Source: an uncultured Rhodospirillales bacterium
GTDB taxonomy: Bacteria; Pseudomonadota; Alphaproteobacteria; Rhodospirillales; JABHCV01
Assembly: GCA_938092065.1 (NCBI GenBank)
Contig: CALKND010000035.1
Span: 3,128-67,127 of the forward strand
Reading direction: 5' to 3'
DNA length: 64,000 bases
The notes under the pieces: model-generated
Seen by the model: the letters and a program-made list of their open reading frames with translations, nothing else
Told to the model about the DNA's origin: nothing
The model's database searches: none
Shown: positions 11,185 to 23,393 of the stretch, in pieces
Layout of the letters: each line of letters opens with the position of its first letter
Position numbering within the stretch: position 1 is the first letter of the stretch
Position numbers and translations under genes: made by a program

Positions 11185-11792
11185 GTTCTGATTCTTCAAA
11201 AGCAATGCAACCTGAGACCTTTGAATTTTCTGCTAAAAACCAGAAAAAATTTAATACTATTTTTGCTAAATATCCTAAAGGGCGCGAAGCTAGTGCCATG
11301 ATGCCTTTGCTTGATCTAGCCCAGCGCCAGCATGATGGATGGCTTCCCCGTGCAGCCATGGATCACATCGCCGATATTCTAAATCTGGCGCCGATCAGAG
11401 TTTATGAAGTTGCTACTTTCTACACCATGTACAATTTGGCCCCGGTCGGGAAAAACCACATTCAGGTATGTACAAACCTTCCATGTTGGTTGCGTGGCTC
11501 AGACAAGATCATGAGTGTTTGCAAAGAAAAACTAGGTATTGAGCTTGGCGATACTACAAACGATGGAAAGTTTACTTTGTCTGAAGTGGAATGCCTCTGC
11601 GCATGTGTTAATGCTCCGATGATGCAAATCAACGATGACTTCTATGAAGATCTTGATGAAGATTCCACGGTAGCAATACTAGAAAGCATTAAATCAGGTG
11701 TTAAACCAACACCAGGGCCTCAAAATTCTCGTAAAGGCGGTGAACCTGAAGGTGGTGCGAAAACTCTCAGAGACAGTAAGGAAGCTAACTGA
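11181..11792 (+). CDS. nuoE: NADH-quinone oxidoreductase subunit E
   Basis: 203 aa. 24-kDa subunit with 2Fe-2S Cys contexts [11 protein letters not shown] and [16 protein letters not shown] overlap with the nuoD stop. Confidence 0.95.
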   Translation: MSSDSSKAMQPETFEFSAKNQKKFNTIFAKYPKGREASAMMPLLDLAQRQHDGWLPRAAMDHIADILNLAPIRVYEVATFYTMYNLAPVGKNHIQVCTNLPCWLRGSDKIMSVCKEKLGIELGDTTNDGKFTLSEVECLCACVNAPMMQINDDFYEDLDEDSTVAILESIKSGVKPTPGPQNSRKGGEPEGGAKTLRDSKEAN

Positions 11793-13081
11793 TGCTAAAA
11801 GATTCCGATCGTATTTTTCAGAATATTTACGGTTTTAAAGGCAGTGGGCTTAAAACTGCTAAGTCCATTGGGGATTGGAAAAACACAAAGAAATATATTG
11901 CCAAGGGTCGTGATTGGATTGTCGATGAAATTAAAAATTCTGGTTTGCGTGGTCGTGGAGGTGCTGGCTTCAGCACCGGTATGAAATGGTCTTTTATGCC
12001 AAAGGAAACTGGCGGCCGTCCAGTCTATCTCACTATTAATGCTGATGAAGGGGAGCCTGGCACCTGTAAAGATAGAGAGATCCTGCGTAATGAGCCTCAC
12101 AAGTTAATTGAGGGTGCATTGTTGGCCGCGGCTGCAGTTGGAGCGTGTGCAGCTTATATATACGTGCGTGGAGAGTTTTTTCGTGAAGGTGAAGTTCTGC
12201 AGCGGGCTATTGATGAAGCTTACGCAGCGGGTTTAATTGGAAAGAATTCGTGTGGTTCGGGTATAGATTTTGATGTGCATATGCAAATGGGCGCTGGAGC
12301 TTATATTTGTGGCGAGGAAAGTGCCCTTATCGAAAGTCTTGAAGGGAAGCCAGGTCAGCCCAGATTGAAACCACCTTTTCCAGCAAACGTTGGTCTTTAC
12401 GGCTGCCCAACAACGGTGAACAACGTAGAATCAATTGCCGTTGTACCAACCATACTTAGGCGTGGTGCCAAGTGGTTTTCTTCTTTTGGTCGAGAAAACA
12501 ACTTGGGAACCAAGCTGTTTTGTATATCAGGCCACGTAAACAATCCATGCATAGTTGAAGAGACTATGGGTATCACGATGCGCGATCTGATTGATACCCA
12601 CGCGGGTGGCGTTCGTGGCGGTTGGGATAATTTACTGGCTGTTATCCCAGGTGGAGCTTCTGTTCCGATGATGCCTAAGAATTTGTGTGAAGAAGCAATT
12701 ATGGATTATGATGGTTTGCGTGAGCACGGAAGTGGTCTTGGTACCGGCGCGGTTATGGTCATGGATAGGTCGACAGACTTGATAAAAGCCATTGCTCGCC
12801 TGTCAAAATTTTATGCACATGAAAGTTGTGGTCAGTGTACCCCATGTCGTGAGGGTACTGGCTGGATGTCTAGAATGATGGAACGCATGGTTACTGGCGA
12901 CATGGCAATCGACGAAATCGATATGTTGCAGGATGTAACTAAACAAATTGAAGGTCACACTATTTGCGCCCTTGGCGATGCAGCTGCCTGGCCCATTCAA
13001 GGGCTAATTCGCCATTTTCGTCCCGAAATAGAACGCCGTATTAACGATCGCGCTTCGCGCCTTTCGGGACAAGCAGCGTAG
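11792..13081 (+). CDS. nuoF: NADH-quinone oxidoreductase subunit F
   Basis: 429 aa. 51-kDa subunit with [29 protein letters not shown] and the 4Fe-4S context [12 protein letters not shown]. Confidence 0.97.
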   Translation: MLKDSDRIFQNIYGFKGSGLKTAKSIGDWKNTKKYIAKGRDWIVDEIKNSGLRGRGGAGFSTGMKWSFMPKETGGRPVYLTINADEGEPGTCKDREILRNEPHKLIEGALLAAAAVGACAAYIYVRGEFFREGEVLQRAIDEAYAAGLIGKNSCGSGIDFDVHMQMGAGAYICGEESALIESLEGKPGQPRLKPPFPANVGLYGCPTTVNNVESIAVVPTILRRGAKWFSSFGRENNLGTKLFCISGHVNNPCIVEETMGITMRDLIDTHAGGVRGGWDNLLAVIPGGASVPMMPKNLCEEAIMDYDGLREHGSGLGTGAVMVMDRSTDLIKAIARLSKFYAHESCGQCTPCREGTGWMSRMMERMVTGDMAIDEIDMLQDVTKQIEGHTICALGDAAAWPIQGLIRHFRPEIERRINDRASRLSGQAA

Positions 13082-13091
13082 GGAGTTTGGT

Positions 13092-15146
13092 ATGCCAAAA
13101 CTAACTATAGATGGTATTGAAATTGAAGTTGATAATGGATTAACTGTGCTTCAGGCATGTGAGCAGATTGGTATTGAAATACCACGTTTTTGTTATCACG
13201 AACGCCTGACTGTTGCTGGTAATTGCCGCATGTGCCTTGTTGAGATGGAACGTGCGCCAAAACCGGTCGCCTCTTGCGCTATGCCTGTAGGTGAGGGGAT
13301 GGTCATTACCACTAACTCACCAGCCGTCAAGAAAATGAGACAGGGTGTTATGGAACTGTTGCTCATTAACCATCCGCTGGATTGTCCTATTTGCGATCAG
13401 GGTGGTGAATGTGATTTGCAAGATCAAGCCGTTGGCTATGGCATGGACCGCAGTCGTTTTATGGAAAATAAACGCTCTGTAAAAAACAAGACTTTTGGAC
13501 CGTTGATCAAGGCTATGATGACACGCTGCATCCATTGCACTCGTTGTGTTCGCTTTTCAAGCGAGATTGCAGGCGTTCCTGAAATGGGTACTACTGGTCG
13601 TGGTGAGCACATGGAAGTTGGAACTTATATTAAAAAAGCGCTGACTTCTGAGTTATCTGGAAACATGATTGACCTGTGCCCGGTTGGAGCGTTGACCTCC
13701 AATCCATATGCTTTTGACACCCGTCCGTGGGAGTTGAAAAAAACGGAATCTGTTGACGTCATGGACGCCGTTGGATCTGCTATTCGCGTTGATACTAAGG
13801 GTGGTGAAGTCATGCGAATTTTACCACGCTTGAATGAGGATGTGAACGAGGAATGGGTTTCTGACAAAACACGATTTGCCTGTGATGGTTTAAAGAGCCA
13901 ACGACTTGATAGCCCTTATGTTCGTCGTAATGGTAAACTTATAAAAACAAGCTGGAATGATGCATTTGCAGCCATTTCTGAAAAAATCAAAGGTATAGAT
14001 GGATCTAGATTTGCTTCAATAACTGGGGACCTTGCCTGTGCAGAATCAATGACTGCCTTGAAAGACCTAACTGCTTCAATTGGTTCAACGAAGATTGATT
14101 GCCGCCAGGACGGAACTAAACTTGATAACAGGAATAGGGCCGGCTATGTCTTTAATACTACCATTTCTGGGATTGAGAATTCGGATGCTTGTCTAATTAT
14201 CGGTGCAAACATCCGCCGCGAAGCACCAATTGTCAACGCCCGTTTGCGTAAGCGCTATCTCACGGGTGGCTTTGAAGCAGGAATGATCGGTGAAAAAGTT
14301 GATCTGACCTTCAGTTGTGAAAATTTAGGTTCAGGGACGGATACTCTGTGCGAGATTGCTGACGGCAAACATAAGTTTGCTAAGGTTCTTAAAAAAGCTA
14401 AGAAACCCATGCTTATATTGGGTCAAGGGGCGTTGACCCGCCCCGATGGTTCTGCCGTTTTAGCTATGGCTCGTGCCATTGCTGAAAAATATGGCATGAT
14501 CACTGATGACTGGAATGGTTTTAATGTTTTACATACTGCTGCCGCCCGCGTTGGCGGTTTGGACTTGGGCATTACCTGTGAAGGTGGTGTTGCTTCTATT
14601 GTTGATGAGTGTAGTGCTGGTAAAATAGACGTTATCTATCTGCTGGGTGCAGATGAGATTGATACAAACAAGCTTGGTAAAGCTTTTGTCATTTATCAAG
14701 GTCATCACGGGGATGCTGGCGCACATCGTGCTGATGTCATCTTACCCGGTGCCGCCTACACTGAAAAGAATGCTACGTATGTCAACACGGAAGGCCGAGT
14801 GCAGAAGACACAGTTGGCTGTCTTTCCAGTTGGTGAAGCTCGTGAGGACTGGACTATAATACGTGCTTTGTCGGATGTACTAGGACATAAGCTTCCATAT
14901 GACACTCTTTTAGAGGTTCGCAGTCGCATGGTAGAAATTAATGCAGTGTTTAAAAGTGATGATCAGGCGACTGGTGGTGTGTGGGGTAAGTTTGGAACTA
15001 AAGGTGAGCTTGAATCTAGTGCTTTTGTATCGCCCATATTAAATTTTCATATGACTGATCCTATTAGCCGGTCTTCAGAAACTATGGCTCAGTGTACAGA
15101 GGCTCTATTTGACGAGGGCAAAAGAAATATAGGCACCAATGGTTGA
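13092..15146 (+). CDS. nuoG: NADH-quinone oxidoreductase subunit G
   Basis: 684 aa. 75-kDa subunit with N-terminal 2Fe-2[19 protein letters not shown] and 4Fe-4S contexts [18 protein letters not shown] and [10 protein letters not shown]. Confidence 0.96.
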   Translation: MPKLTIDGIEIEVDNGLTVLQACEQIGIEIPRFCYHERLTVAGNCRMCLVEMERAPKPVASCAMPVGEGMVITTNSPAVKKMRQGVMELLLINHPLDCPICDQGGECDLQDQAVGYGMDRSRFMENKRSVKNKTFGPLIKAMMTRCIHCTRCVRFSSEIAGVPEMGTTGRGEHMEVGTYIKKALTSELSGNMIDLCPVGALTSNPYAFDTRPWELKKTESVDVMDAVGSAIRVDTKGGEVMRILPRLNEDVNEEWVSDKTRFACDGLKSQRLDSPYVRRNGKLIKTSWNDAFAAISEKIKGIDGSRFASITGDLACAESMTALKDLTASIGSTKIDCRQDGTKLDNRNRAGYVFNTTISGIENSDACLIIGANIRREAPIVNARLRKRYLTGGFEAGMIGEKVDLTFSCENLGSGTDTLCEIADGKHKFAKVLKKAKKPMLILGQGALTRPDGSAVLAMARAIAEKYGMITDDWNGFNVLHTAAARVGGLDLGITCEGGVASIVDECSAGKIDVIYLLGADEIDTNKLGKAFVIYQGHHGDAGAHRADVILPGAAYTEKNATYVNTEGRVQKTQLAVFPVGEAREDWTIIRALSDVLGHKLPYDTLLEVRSRMVEINAVFKSDDQATGGVWGKFGTKGELESSAFVSPILNFHMTDPISRSSETMAQCTEALFDEGKRNIGTNG

Positions 15147-16164
15147 GCTTTGGGATACATATTTATGGCCTACAGCTTGGATCATCATGAAGATCGTTGC
15201 TATTATTCTGCCGGTTTTGTTAAGCGTGGCATATCTTACTTATGTTGAGCGCAAAGTTATTGGCGCTATGCAGTTGCGACGAGGTCCTAATGTAGTAGGC
15301 CCATTTGGCCTTTTGCAGCCTATCGCTGATGGCCTGAAGTTATTCCTTAAAGAAACGATTATACCTTCAGGTGCCAGCCCAGTAGTTTTCCTGCTTGCCC
15401 CTGCGGTAACATTCACTTTGGCTTTGGTTGCTTGGGCTGTAATTCCTTTTGATTATGGGATGGTTCTAGCAGATATTAATGTGGGTATCTTGTTTCTTTT
15501 TGCAATATCGTCCTTGGGAGTTTATGGAATTTTGATGGCTGGATGGGCTTCGAATTCCAAGTATTCGTTCCTTGGAGCATTGCGCTCAGCAGCGCAAATG
15601 GTGTCTTATGAAATTTCTATGGGCCTTGTTATTGTCACAGTGCTTATGTGCGTTGGGTCCCTTAACCTCTCAGATATCGTCATGGCCCAAAAGGACCTTT
15701 GGTTTATAATTCCTTTGTTTCCTTTAGCAGTAATATTCTTTATTTCAACCTTGGCTGAAACCAATCGGCATCCCTTTGATTTGCCAGAAGCAGAAGCTGA
15801 ACTCGTTGCTGGTTACAATGTTGAGTACTCAGCGATGACCTTTGCACTGTTCTTCCTTGGTGAATATGCCAACATGATTTTAATGGCAGCCATGACCGCC
15901 ATCCTGTTCTTGGGTGGATGGTTGCCACTGGTTGATATTAATCCTTTCAATCTTATCCCTGGCCCCATATGGCTGGCCATAAAAATTGCATTCGTGCTTT
16001 TCTTCTTTTTATGGGTTCGTGCCTCGTTCCCTCGCTATCGCTATGATCAACTAATGCGTTTAGGTTGGAAAATTTTTCTACCAATCTCACTCGCTGCCGT
16101 TGTTATTGTAGCAGGCACACTTGTCGCTTTTGACCTAGCACCAACGTCTGGACAATTAAGGTAA
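15139..16164 (+). CDS. nuoH: NADH-quinone oxidoreductase subunit H
   Basis: 341 aa polytopic membrane protein with [34 protein letters not shown] and [25 protein letters not shown]. Confidence 0.95.
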   Translation: MVELWDTYLWPTAWIIMKIVAIILPVLLSVAYLTYVERKVIGAMQLRRGPNVVGPFGLLQPIADGLKLFLKETIIPSGASPVVFLLAPAVTFTLALVAWAVIPFDYGMVLADINVGILFLFAISSLGVYGILMAGWASNSKYSFLGALRSAAQMVSYEISMGLVIVTVLMCVGSLNLSDIVMAQKDLWFIIPLFPLAVIFFISTLAETNRHPFDLPEAEAELVAGYNVEYSAMTFALFFLGEYANMILMAAMTAILFLGGWLPLVDINPFNLIPGPIWLAIKIAFVLFFFLWVRASFPRYRYDQLMRLGWKIFLPISLAAVVIVAGTLVAFDLAPTSGQLR

Positions 16165-16167
16165 AAA

Positions 16168-16656
16168 ATGAGTTTCATCCACCGTGGTATAAACACTTTT
16201 CTTCTATTTGAACTTATTAGCGGTCTAGCATTGACCTTACGATATATGTTCCGGCCCAAGGTCACGATCAACTATCCGTATGAAAAAGGTCGCCTTAGCC
16301 CTCGTTTCCGTGGCGAACATGTATTAAGGCGCTACCCTAACGGGGAAGAGCGCTGTATTTCTTGCAAACTTTGTGAGGCCATTTGTCCGGCCCAAGCAAT
16401 CACCATAGAAGGTGATGAACGTGAAGATGGATCACGTCGCACAACACGTTATGATATTGATATGACCAAGTGTATTTATTGTGGATTTTGCGAGGAAGCT
16501 TGCCCTGTCGACGCTATTGTTGAAGGCCCCAATTTCGAGTTTGCTACTGAAACCCGTGAGGAGCTCATGTATGACAAACAAAAACTGTTAGCAAATGGTG
16601 CTCGTTGGGAAACGGAGATTGCGGAACGCTTATCGATAGATGCGCCTTATCGCTAA
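16168..16656 (+). CDS. nuoI: NADH-quinone oxidoreductase subunit I
   Basis: 162 aa. Two ferredoxin-type motifs, [12 protein letters not shown] and [12 protein letters not shown]. Confidence 0.96.
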   Translation: MSFIHRGINTFLLFELISGLALTLRYMFRPKVTINYPYEKGRLSPRFRGEHVLRRYPNGEERCISCKLCEAICPAQAITIEGDEREDGSRRTTRYDIDMTKCIYCGFCEEACPVDAIVEGPNFEFATETREELMYDKQKLLANGARWETEIAERLSIDAPYR

Positions 16657-16722
16657 GATTCAGAAAAGTTTTATGATTATTATACAAATACCTAATTGTA
16701 CACTTACGGGGACATGGCTTGA

Positions 16723-17331
16723 ATGATTATACAAGGGCTTACTTTTTACATGTTTTCACTGGTCGCCATTACTTCTGCATTATTGGTAGTTACCTCCAGG
16801 AATCCCGTCCATTCTGTGTTATTTTTGATCCTTGCCTTCTTTAATGTGGCTGGATTGTTTGTACTGCTGGGCGCTGAATTCTTGGCTATGATACTTGTGG
16901 TTGTTTATGTAGGAGCAGTAGCTGTACTTTTTATGTTCGTAGTAATGATGTTGGATATTAATTTTGTCGAATTACGTCAGGGTTTTCTCCAGTATTTACC
17001 CTACGGAATAGTAATCGGGCTGGTGCTTTTAATTGAGCTTGTTATTGTAATGAGCGGATGGCAATTGTCATCAGAAACTCTAAATGTAATCGCATCTCCT
17101 ATCCCTGAGACTAAGACTAACACCCATGCACTGGGAGCGATTATCTATACAGATTACATCTATTCATTCCAGGTTGCTGGATTTATTTTGTTAATAGCTA
17201 TGATCGGAGCAATTGTATTGACCCATCGCAAACGTCCCGGAGTAAGAAAGCAAAAGATAGCGAACCAATTAGCTCGTAAACCAGAAGATTCTCTAAAAAT
17301 TCACAAAGTACAATCGGGTAAGGGTATCTAA
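16723..17331 (+). CDS. nuoJ: NADH-quinone oxidoreductase subunit J
   Basis: 202 aa hydrophobic protein at the expected operon position, with the [14 protein letters not shown]-terminal helix typical of NuoJ. Confidence 0.9.
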   Translation: MIIQGLTFYMFSLVAITSALLVVTSRNPVHSVLFLILAFFNVAGLFVLLGAEFLAMILVVVYVGAVAVLFMFVVMMLDINFVELRQGFLQYLPYGIVIGLVLLIELVIVMSGWQLSSETLNVIASPIPETKTNTHALGAIIYTDYIYSFQVAGFILLIAMIGAIVLTHRKRPGVRKQKIANQLARKPEDSLKIHKVQSGKGI

Positions 17332-17642
17332 TGTTTGAAGTTGGGCTCTCTCACTATTTAGTAGTTGCAGCTATTATTTTCTCGCTGGGGATATTCGGTA
17401 TTTTTATGAACAGGAAGAATGTCATAATTATACTGATGTCTGTAGAATTAATGCTGCTGGCAGTGAATATTAACCTAGTCGCCTTTTCTGCAGAACATGG
17501 CGATCTAGTTGGTCAAATTTTCTCATTGTTCGTGCTAACTGTTGCTGCTGCCGAAGCGTCTATTGGCCTCGCTATTCTTGTTGTCTTCTTCAGAAACCGC
17601 GGAAGCATTGCGGTCGAAGATGTTAACATAATGAAGGGGTAA
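17331..17642 (+). CDS. nuoK: NADH-quinone oxidoreductase subunit K
   Basis: 103 aa with three TM helices and [12 protein letters not shown] plus [13 protein letters not shown] motifs. Its start overlaps the nuoJ stop (TAATG). Confidence 0.93.
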   Translation: MFEVGLSHYLVVAAIIFSLGIFGIFMNRKNVIIILMSVELMLLAVNINLVAFSAEHGDLVGQIFSLFVLTVAAAEASIGLAILVVFFRNRGSIAVEDVNIMKG

Positions 17643-17649
17643 GAAAGAG

Positions 17650-19605
17650 ATGATTGCGACTGCCGTATTCTTGCCACTTTTAGCGTCACTAATTGCTGGT
17701 ATTCTTGCCTTCATACCAGCAGGTAAAGACAAAATAAACCGAGACCGTCTGGATAGACTATCCCAATACGTGACCTGTGTAGCACTACTTATCTCAGCTG
17801 CATTTTCCTTTCTGGTTTTTGATGACGTGGCACTTTCTGGAAACGTTCAAAATTTATATCTCTTTAATTGGATTGATTCAGGGACCTTAAATGTTTCTTG
17901 GTCACTGAAGGTAGATACTCTGACTGCAGTAATGTTAATCGTTGTTACTGTGGTATCTTCAATGGTGCATATCTATTCCATCGGCTACATGAACCACGAC
18001 CCTAAAGTTCCACGTTTTATGTCTTATCTAAGTCTTTTTACTTTTTTTATGTTGATGTTGGTGACAGCCGATAATTTAGTACAGATGTTTTTTGGGTGGG
18101 AAGGGGTCGGGCTTGCCTCATATCTTCTAATTGGTTTTTGGTATGACAAGCCTTCAGCCAACTCAGCTGCAATCAAAGCCTTTGTAGTCAATCGGGTTGG
18201 TGATTTTGCTTTTATGCTTGGTATTTTCACGGTCTACCTTATATTTGACACCGTTAGCTTTGATGAAATCTTTGCAGCTGTTCCGCAAAAAGCAAATGAT
18301 ACCATTCAGTTGTTTGGTGGTGATTTTCACGCGATAACGATAGCGTGTTTGTTGTTGTTCATTGGTGCCATGGGCAAGTCTGCTCAATTGGGACTTCATA
18401 CCTGGTTGCCAGATGCAATGGAAGGCCCAACTCATGTATCCGCGTTGATTCATTCGGCGACAATGGTTACCGCAGGAGTCTTCATGGTAGCAAGGTTGTC
18501 ACCTTTATTTGAGTACTCAGATATAGCACTCACTGTGGTTACTATCATTGGTGGATCAACAGCAATTTTTGCTGCAACCATTGCTTGTACTCAAAACGAT
18601 ATAAAGAGAGTGATCGCCTATTCAACTTGTTCACAATTAGGCTATATGTTCTTTGCCTGTGGCGTTTCGGCTTATTCGGCAGGTATTTTCCACCTAATGA
18701 CACATGGCTTCTTTAAGGCTCTGCTATTTCTGGGTGCGGGTTCAGTAATACATGCTATGTCTGATGAACAGGACATGCGAAAGATGGGCGGGCTCGCAAA
18801 GCATATCAAAGTAACTTATGTTCTTGTGTTTATTGGTTCTCTTGCATTAGTGGGGATTTGGCCTTTTGCCGGTTTCTATTCAAAGGATATCATACTAGAA
18901 GCCGCCTGGGCAGCTCACACTAACGCCGGTAATTATGCTTTTTGGATGGGCATTTCAGCAGCATTCTTGACTGCCTTTTATTCATGGCGGTTGATCATTT
19001 TGACATTTCATGGAAACTCGCGTTCCGATGAAACTGTACTAGCCCATGTTCACGAAAGTCCAAAAGTCATGCTGATTCCACTTATAGTTTTAGCAGCTGG
19101 GGCAGGACTTCTAGGGTACATTGGTTACACTTACTTCGTTGGTCAAGATGCATCACTGTTTTGGGGTAATTCCATTTTAGTGCTGGACACTCATACAGCT
19201 CTAGAAGCAGCTCACCACGCTCCTATATGGGTCAAGTATCTTCCTATGGGGGTTGGGTTTGGTGGGATTATTCTAGCCTATGTGCTTTACATGTGGTGTC
19301 CAAGGCTGCCTGCCTTAATTGTTGCAAAAATCTATCCAGTTTATAGTTTTATATATAACAAGTGGTACTTTGATGAGCTTTATAACCTCCTATTTGTAAA
19401 TCCCGTTTTATACCTTGGACGGAATCTGTGGAAGACCGGAGATGGTTCTGTTATTGACGGTATTGGCCCAGACGGAATTTCAGCTGCCGCACTTAACCTG
19501 ACCAAGCGGATCGCTCAGTTGCAAACTGGCTACTTGTATCACTACGCCTTTGCCATGATTGGTGGCATTATTATTTTGATAAGTATCTACATGCTGGGTG
19601 TGTAA
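17650..19605 (+). CDS. nuoL: NADH-quinone oxidoreductase subunit L
   Basis: 651 aa Mrp-antiporter-like subunit with WEGVGLASYLLIGFW and GKSAQLGLHTWLPDAMEGPT. Confidence 0.95.
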   Translation: MIATAVFLPLLASLIAGILAFIPAGKDKINRDRLDRLSQYVTCVALLISAAFSFLVFDDVALSGNVQNLYLFNWIDSGTLNVSWSLKVDTLTAVMLIVVTVVSSMVHIYSIGYMNHDPKVPRFMSYLSLFTFFMLMLVTADNLVQMFFGWEGVGLASYLLIGFWYDKPSANSAAIKAFVVNRVGDFAFMLGIFTVYLIFDTVSFDEIFAAVPQKANDTIQLFGGDFHAITIACLLLFIGAMGKSAQLGLHTWLPDAMEGPTHVSALIHSATMVTAGVFMVARLSPLFEYSDIALTVVTIIGGSTAIFAATIACTQNDIKRVIAYSTCSQLGYMFFACGVSAYSAGIFHLMTHGFFKALLFLGAGSVIHAMSDEQDMRKMGGLAKHIKVTYVLVFIGSLALVGIWPFAGFYSKDIILEAAWAAHTNAGNYAFWMGISAAFLTAFYSWRLIILTFHGNSRSDETVLAHVHESPKVMLIPLIVLAAGAGLLGYIGYTYFVGQDASLFWGNSILVLDTHTALEAAHHAPIWVKYLPMGVGFGGIILAYVLYMWCPRLPALIVAKIYPVYSFIYNKWYFDELYNLLFVNPVLYLGRNLWKTGDGSVIDGIGPDGISAAALNLTKRIAQLQTGYLYHYAFAMIGGIIILISIYMLGV

Positions 19606-19610
19606 ATTTT

Positions 19611-21122
19611 ATGAGCAATTACCCTATTCTTTCATTATTAATCTTTATACCGCTGATAGGCGCGCTGTTCATTTTTGTCATTCGTGGTGAAGATGAGATA
19701 GTTAAACGTAACGCACGTCAAGTTGCACTATGGACATCCTGTGTGGTCTTCGCTTTGTCACTATTATTATGGAAAAATTTTGACATAACCACAGCAGACT
19801 TTCAGTTTGTTGAGCATCAGGACTGGATGCCCAAATTTAATATCGCCTACCATTTAGGTGTTGATGGTATCTCAGTCCTATTTGTCCTGCTGACAACACT
19901 GCTAATCCCTATATGTATTCTGGCAAGCTGGGAGGCCATTCAAGAGCGGGTTAAGGAATATATGATTGCCTTTCTTGTTCTTGAAACCATGATGATAGGC
20001 ATGTTCGTAGCCCTAGATATTATTGTTTTTTATATTTTCTTTGAAGCTGTGCTGCTACCTATGTTCTTGATTATTGGCGTATGGGGTGGAAAAAGACGGG
20101 TATATGCAGCCTTTAAGTTATTTTTGTATACTTTGCTAGGTTCTGTATTGATGCTGGTGGCCATTTTAGCAATGTATTTTGAAGCTGGCACGGCTAACAT
20201 TCCGGTCTTGCTAACCCATGATTTTCCAGCCTCTATGCAGACTTGGTTATGGCTGGCATTCTTTGCGTCATTCGCTGTAAAGGTTCCCATGTGGCCCGTT
20301 CATACTTGGTTACCTGACGCCCATGTTGAAGCACCAACGGCAGGATCAGTCATATTAGCCGGTGTGCTTTTGAAATTTGGTGGATATGGTTTCCTTCGTT
20401 TCTCATTACCCATGTTTCCTCTAGCTACGGCTGATTTCACAATTCTTATTTATACGTTAAGTGTTGTTGCAGTGATCTACACCTCACTGGTTGCCTTAGC
20501 CCAAGAAGATATGAAAAAGCTGATTGCTTATTCATCAGTTGCCCACATGGGATTTGTAACTATTGGGACATTTACCTTAACCGTTCAGGGGATCGAGGGG
20601 GCAATTTACCAAATGCTTAGTCACGGTATTGTTTCTGCTGCTCTTTTCCTTATTGTTGGCGTGGTCTATGACCGTATCCATTCTCGTGAAATCACACAGT
20701 ATGGGGGCCTCGTTCACAAGATGCCGGCTTACTCACTTATTTTTATGGTTTTTATGCTAGCGTCTGTTGGTTTGCCTGGAACAGGTGGTTTCGTCGGCGA
20801 ATTACTTATACTTGTTGGTGCTTTTAAGGTTAACAGCATATTAGCCGCCTTAGCTGCGACTGGGGTTATTCTTAGTGCTGTTTATATGCTATATTTATAT
20901 CGGCGTATCATATTTGGTAAACTGACCAAAGATCATCTTTTAAAGATAAAAGATTTGAACACACGTGAAAAAATGGTCTTTGCGCCACTGATAATTCTGA
21001 TCTTTTGGATGGGTATCTATCCATCTTCCTTTCTAGAAATCTTGCATGTATCAGTAAATAATTTAATTGATCGTGTAGAATCTGCGCAAGCTGCCTCTGC
21101 TGCGTTAATTGCGGGACGATAA
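19611..21122 (+). CDS. nuoM: NADH-quinone oxidoreductase subunit M
   Basis: 503 aa antiporter-like subunit with VKVPMWPVHTWLPDAHVEAPTAGSVILAGVLLKFGGYG. Confidence 0.95.
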   Translation: MSNYPILSLLIFIPLIGALFIFVIRGEDEIVKRNARQVALWTSCVVFALSLLLWKNFDITTADFQFVEHQDWMPKFNIAYHLGVDGISVLFVLLTTLLIPICILASWEAIQERVKEYMIAFLVLETMMIGMFVALDIIVFYIFFEAVLLPMFLIIGVWGGKRRVYAAFKLFLYTLLGSVLMLVAILAMYFEAGTANIPVLLTHDFPASMQTWLWLAFFASFAVKVPMWPVHTWLPDAHVEAPTAGSVILAGVLLKFGGYGFLRFSLPMFPLATADFTILIYTLSVVAVIYTSLVALAQEDMKKLIAYSSVAHMGFVTIGTFTLTVQGIEGAIYQMLSHGIVSAALFLIVGVVYDRIHSREITQYGGLVHKMPAYSLIFMVFMLASVGLPGTGGFVGELLILVGAFKVNSILAALAATGVILSAVYMLYLYRRIIFGKLTKDHLLKIKDLNTREKMVFAPLIILIFWMGIYPSSFLEILHVSVNNLIDRVESAQAASAALIAGR

Positions 21123-21132
21123 AGGATAGTTT

Positions 21133-22608
21133 GTGATGACTGAAGTACCAAACATGGTCCCTGCGCTCCCGGAAATTTTCGTTGCAGGCGTCGGTATGGC
21201 ATTGCTTATGTTAGGTGTCTTCCAAAAGGTGAGTGACAGCGCTCAAGAAATAAGAACTTCTCGTCTTATTTCACGCCTGGGCATGGTGACACTTGTTCTT
21301 GCGATGGTTTTGGTTGCGGCCGTTGCAGGCAGCACCATGGTAACTTTTGGTGGGATGTTTATTAGTGATCCCTTTGCTGTGTTTTTTAAAGTCTTAATCC
21401 TGATGGCATCGACCTTAACGCTGGTAATTTCTCAAGACTATATGGAAAGGCAGAATATTTCACGCTTTGAGTACGTTATTTTGATCATTTTTGCCACACT
21501 TGGCATGATGTTGATGGTCTCAGCTAATAATCTGCTATCACTTTATTTGGGTTTGGAAATGCAATCTCTGTCCTTGTATGTGATTGCCTCTTTTAACCGT
21601 GATGATGAACGTTCTACTGAAGCTGGGTTAAAATATTTTGTTCTGGGCGCGGTTGCTTCAGGCATGCTCTTGTACGGCATCTCTTTGGTCTATGGTTTTT
21701 CTGGGACTACCGATTTTAAAACCCTGGGGGCTTTATTTGCCGATAGTCAAGTGTCACCCCCGTCAATTGGATTAATTATTGGTATAATTTTTGTTTTGTC
21801 AGGTTTGTCTTTCAAGGTTTCAGCAGTACCATTTCATATGTGGACACCAGACGTTTATGAAGGTGCACCAACACCCGTCACTGCTTTTTTCTCAGTTGGT
21901 CCAAAAATAGCAGCAATAGCGTTGTTTGCTCGTGTCATGGTTGGCCCATTTGGAGATTTGGTAGAGCATTGGCAACAAATCATTATATTAATCTCGATCG
22001 CATCCATGTTAGTGGGTGCATTTGCTGCGATAAACCAGACCAACATTAAAAGAATGATGGCTTACAGTTCCATTGGTCACGTAGGTTATGCTCTGACTGG
22101 TCTTGTGGTTGCCAATGAAGCTGGTGTTCGTGGTATCATGATTTACATGGCCATTTATTTGTTCATGAATATTGGTGCTTTTGCATGCATTCTGACCATG
22201 CGTCGAGGTGACAGAATGGTTGAAAATATAAGTGATTTGTCTGGAATGTCAAAAAGCCATCCAATGGTTGCAGCAGCCTTAGCTATTTTTATGTTCTCGA
22301 TGGCTGGGCTTCCACCTTTAGCAGGATTCTTCTCAAAACTTTATATTTTTCTTGCGGTTATTGAGTCTAAATTTTATGGCCTTGCCCTTATAGCTGTCTT
22401 AAGTAGCGTAATTAGTGCTTTTTATTATTTGCGTATCGTTAAAGTAGTTTATTTCGATGAGCAGGGAGATCCACTTGATAAACCTATCAACTCTATTCTG
22501 GGTTTCGTCATTGCTGGATGTGCCGTGATAATTGTTTTATTCTTTGCATTACCCAACGTCATTGTTGACAGTGCCTCTATTGCTGCCTTTACCTTGTTTG
22601 AGAGATGA
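21133..22608 (+). CDS. nuoN: NADH-quinone oxidoreductase subunit N
   Basis: 491 aa antiporter-like subunit with FKVSAVPFHMWTPDVYEGAPTPVTAF. The start is GTG 21133 or ATG 21136. Last nuo gene. Confidence 0.94.
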   Translation: MMTEVPNMVPALPEIFVAGVGMALLMLGVFQKVSDSAQEIRTSRLISRLGMVTLVLAMVLVAAVAGSTMVTFGGMFISDPFAVFFKVLILMASTLTLVISQDYMERQNISRFEYVILIIFATLGMMLMVSANNLLSLYLGLEMQSLSLYVIASFNRDDERSTEAGLKYFVLGAVASGMLLYGISLVYGFSGTTDFKTLGALFADSQVSPPSIGLIIGIIFVLSGLSFKVSAVPFHMWTPDVYEGAPTPVTAFFSVGPKIAAIALFARVMVGPFGDLVEHWQQIIILISIASMLVGAFAAINQTNIKRMMAYSSIGHVGYALTGLVVANEAGVRGIMIYMAIYLFMNIGAFACILTMRRGDRMVENISDLSGMSKSHPMVAAALAIFMFSMAGLPPLAGFFSKLYIFLAVIESKFYGLALIAVLSSVISAFYYLRIVKVVYFDEQGDPLDKPINSILGFVIAGCAVIIVLFFALPNVIVDSASIAAFTLFER

Positions 22609-23357
22609 ACCAAAAGATTAGTCTGCCCAGTCCACTAAAACTAATAACTTACGACACTGTTGATAGTACGAATGAGGAGGCTAAACGCCTTGCCCGGGAT
22701 GGTGTGCCTGATGGCGTTGTAGTTTGGGCAAAAGAACAATCATCAGGAACTGGCAGACGCGGTCGTAAGTGGACATCAGAAATTGGCAACCTTTATTTCT
22801 CAATATTGCTAAGACCGAAATGTTCTGCATTTAAGGCCATGCAATTAAGCTTCTTAGCCTCTCTTTGTATTGCTGAAAATATTACCGATATTTTACCAGC
22901 AACTGCCATTGTAAATTGTAAGTGGCCGAACGATGTTCTTGTACAAGAGCGTAAAATATCAGGTATTCTTTTGGAGTCACAATCGACACCTCAGGGGAAT
23001 ATAGACTGGATGGTTATAGGTATTGGCTTAAATGTTAGAAGCTTTCCAAAAGATGTTGAGTTTCCAGCCACTTCCTTGATACACGAAGGGGCTAAAAATG
23101 ATATTAGTGCTGAAATTATGCTCGAATTATTTAGTCACCGTTTTCTTTCTAATTACAAGATTTGGAAAGAAATGGGATTTAAACCGATCAGAGAAGCTTG
23201 GCTATGCCGTGTAGCTTGGCTTGGAAGAAAAATCATAGTTCATCTTGAGCATGAAACTTTAATAGGGGAGTTTAGAGCTCTTGATAAGGACGGTACTTTA
23301 ATTCTATTTCATAATGGTGATGAGCGCCGTATCACCGCTGGCGATATTTTTATATAA
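22605..23357 (+). CDS. birA: Biotin--[acetyl-CoA-carboxylase] ligase (group I, no N-terminal HTH)
   Basis: 250 aa with the EQSSGTGRRGRKWTS biotin/ATP-binding loop and KWPNDVL. ATGA overlap with the nuoN stop. Confidence 0.9.
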   Translation: MNQKISLPSPLKLITYDTVDSTNEEAKRLARDGVPDGVVVWAKEQSSGTGRRGRKWTSEIGNLYFSILLRPKCSAFKAMQLSFLASLCIAENITDILPATAIVNCKWPNDVLVQERKISGILLESQSTPQGNIDWMVIGIGLNVRSFPKDVEFPATSLIHEGAKNDISAEIMLELFSHRFLSNYKIWKEMGFKPIREAWLCRVAWLGRKIIVHLEHETLIGEFRALDKDGTLILFHNGDERRITAGDIFI

Positions 23358-23393
23358 TAGTTTATTAACAACTTAGGAGTTTGAATAAGCAAC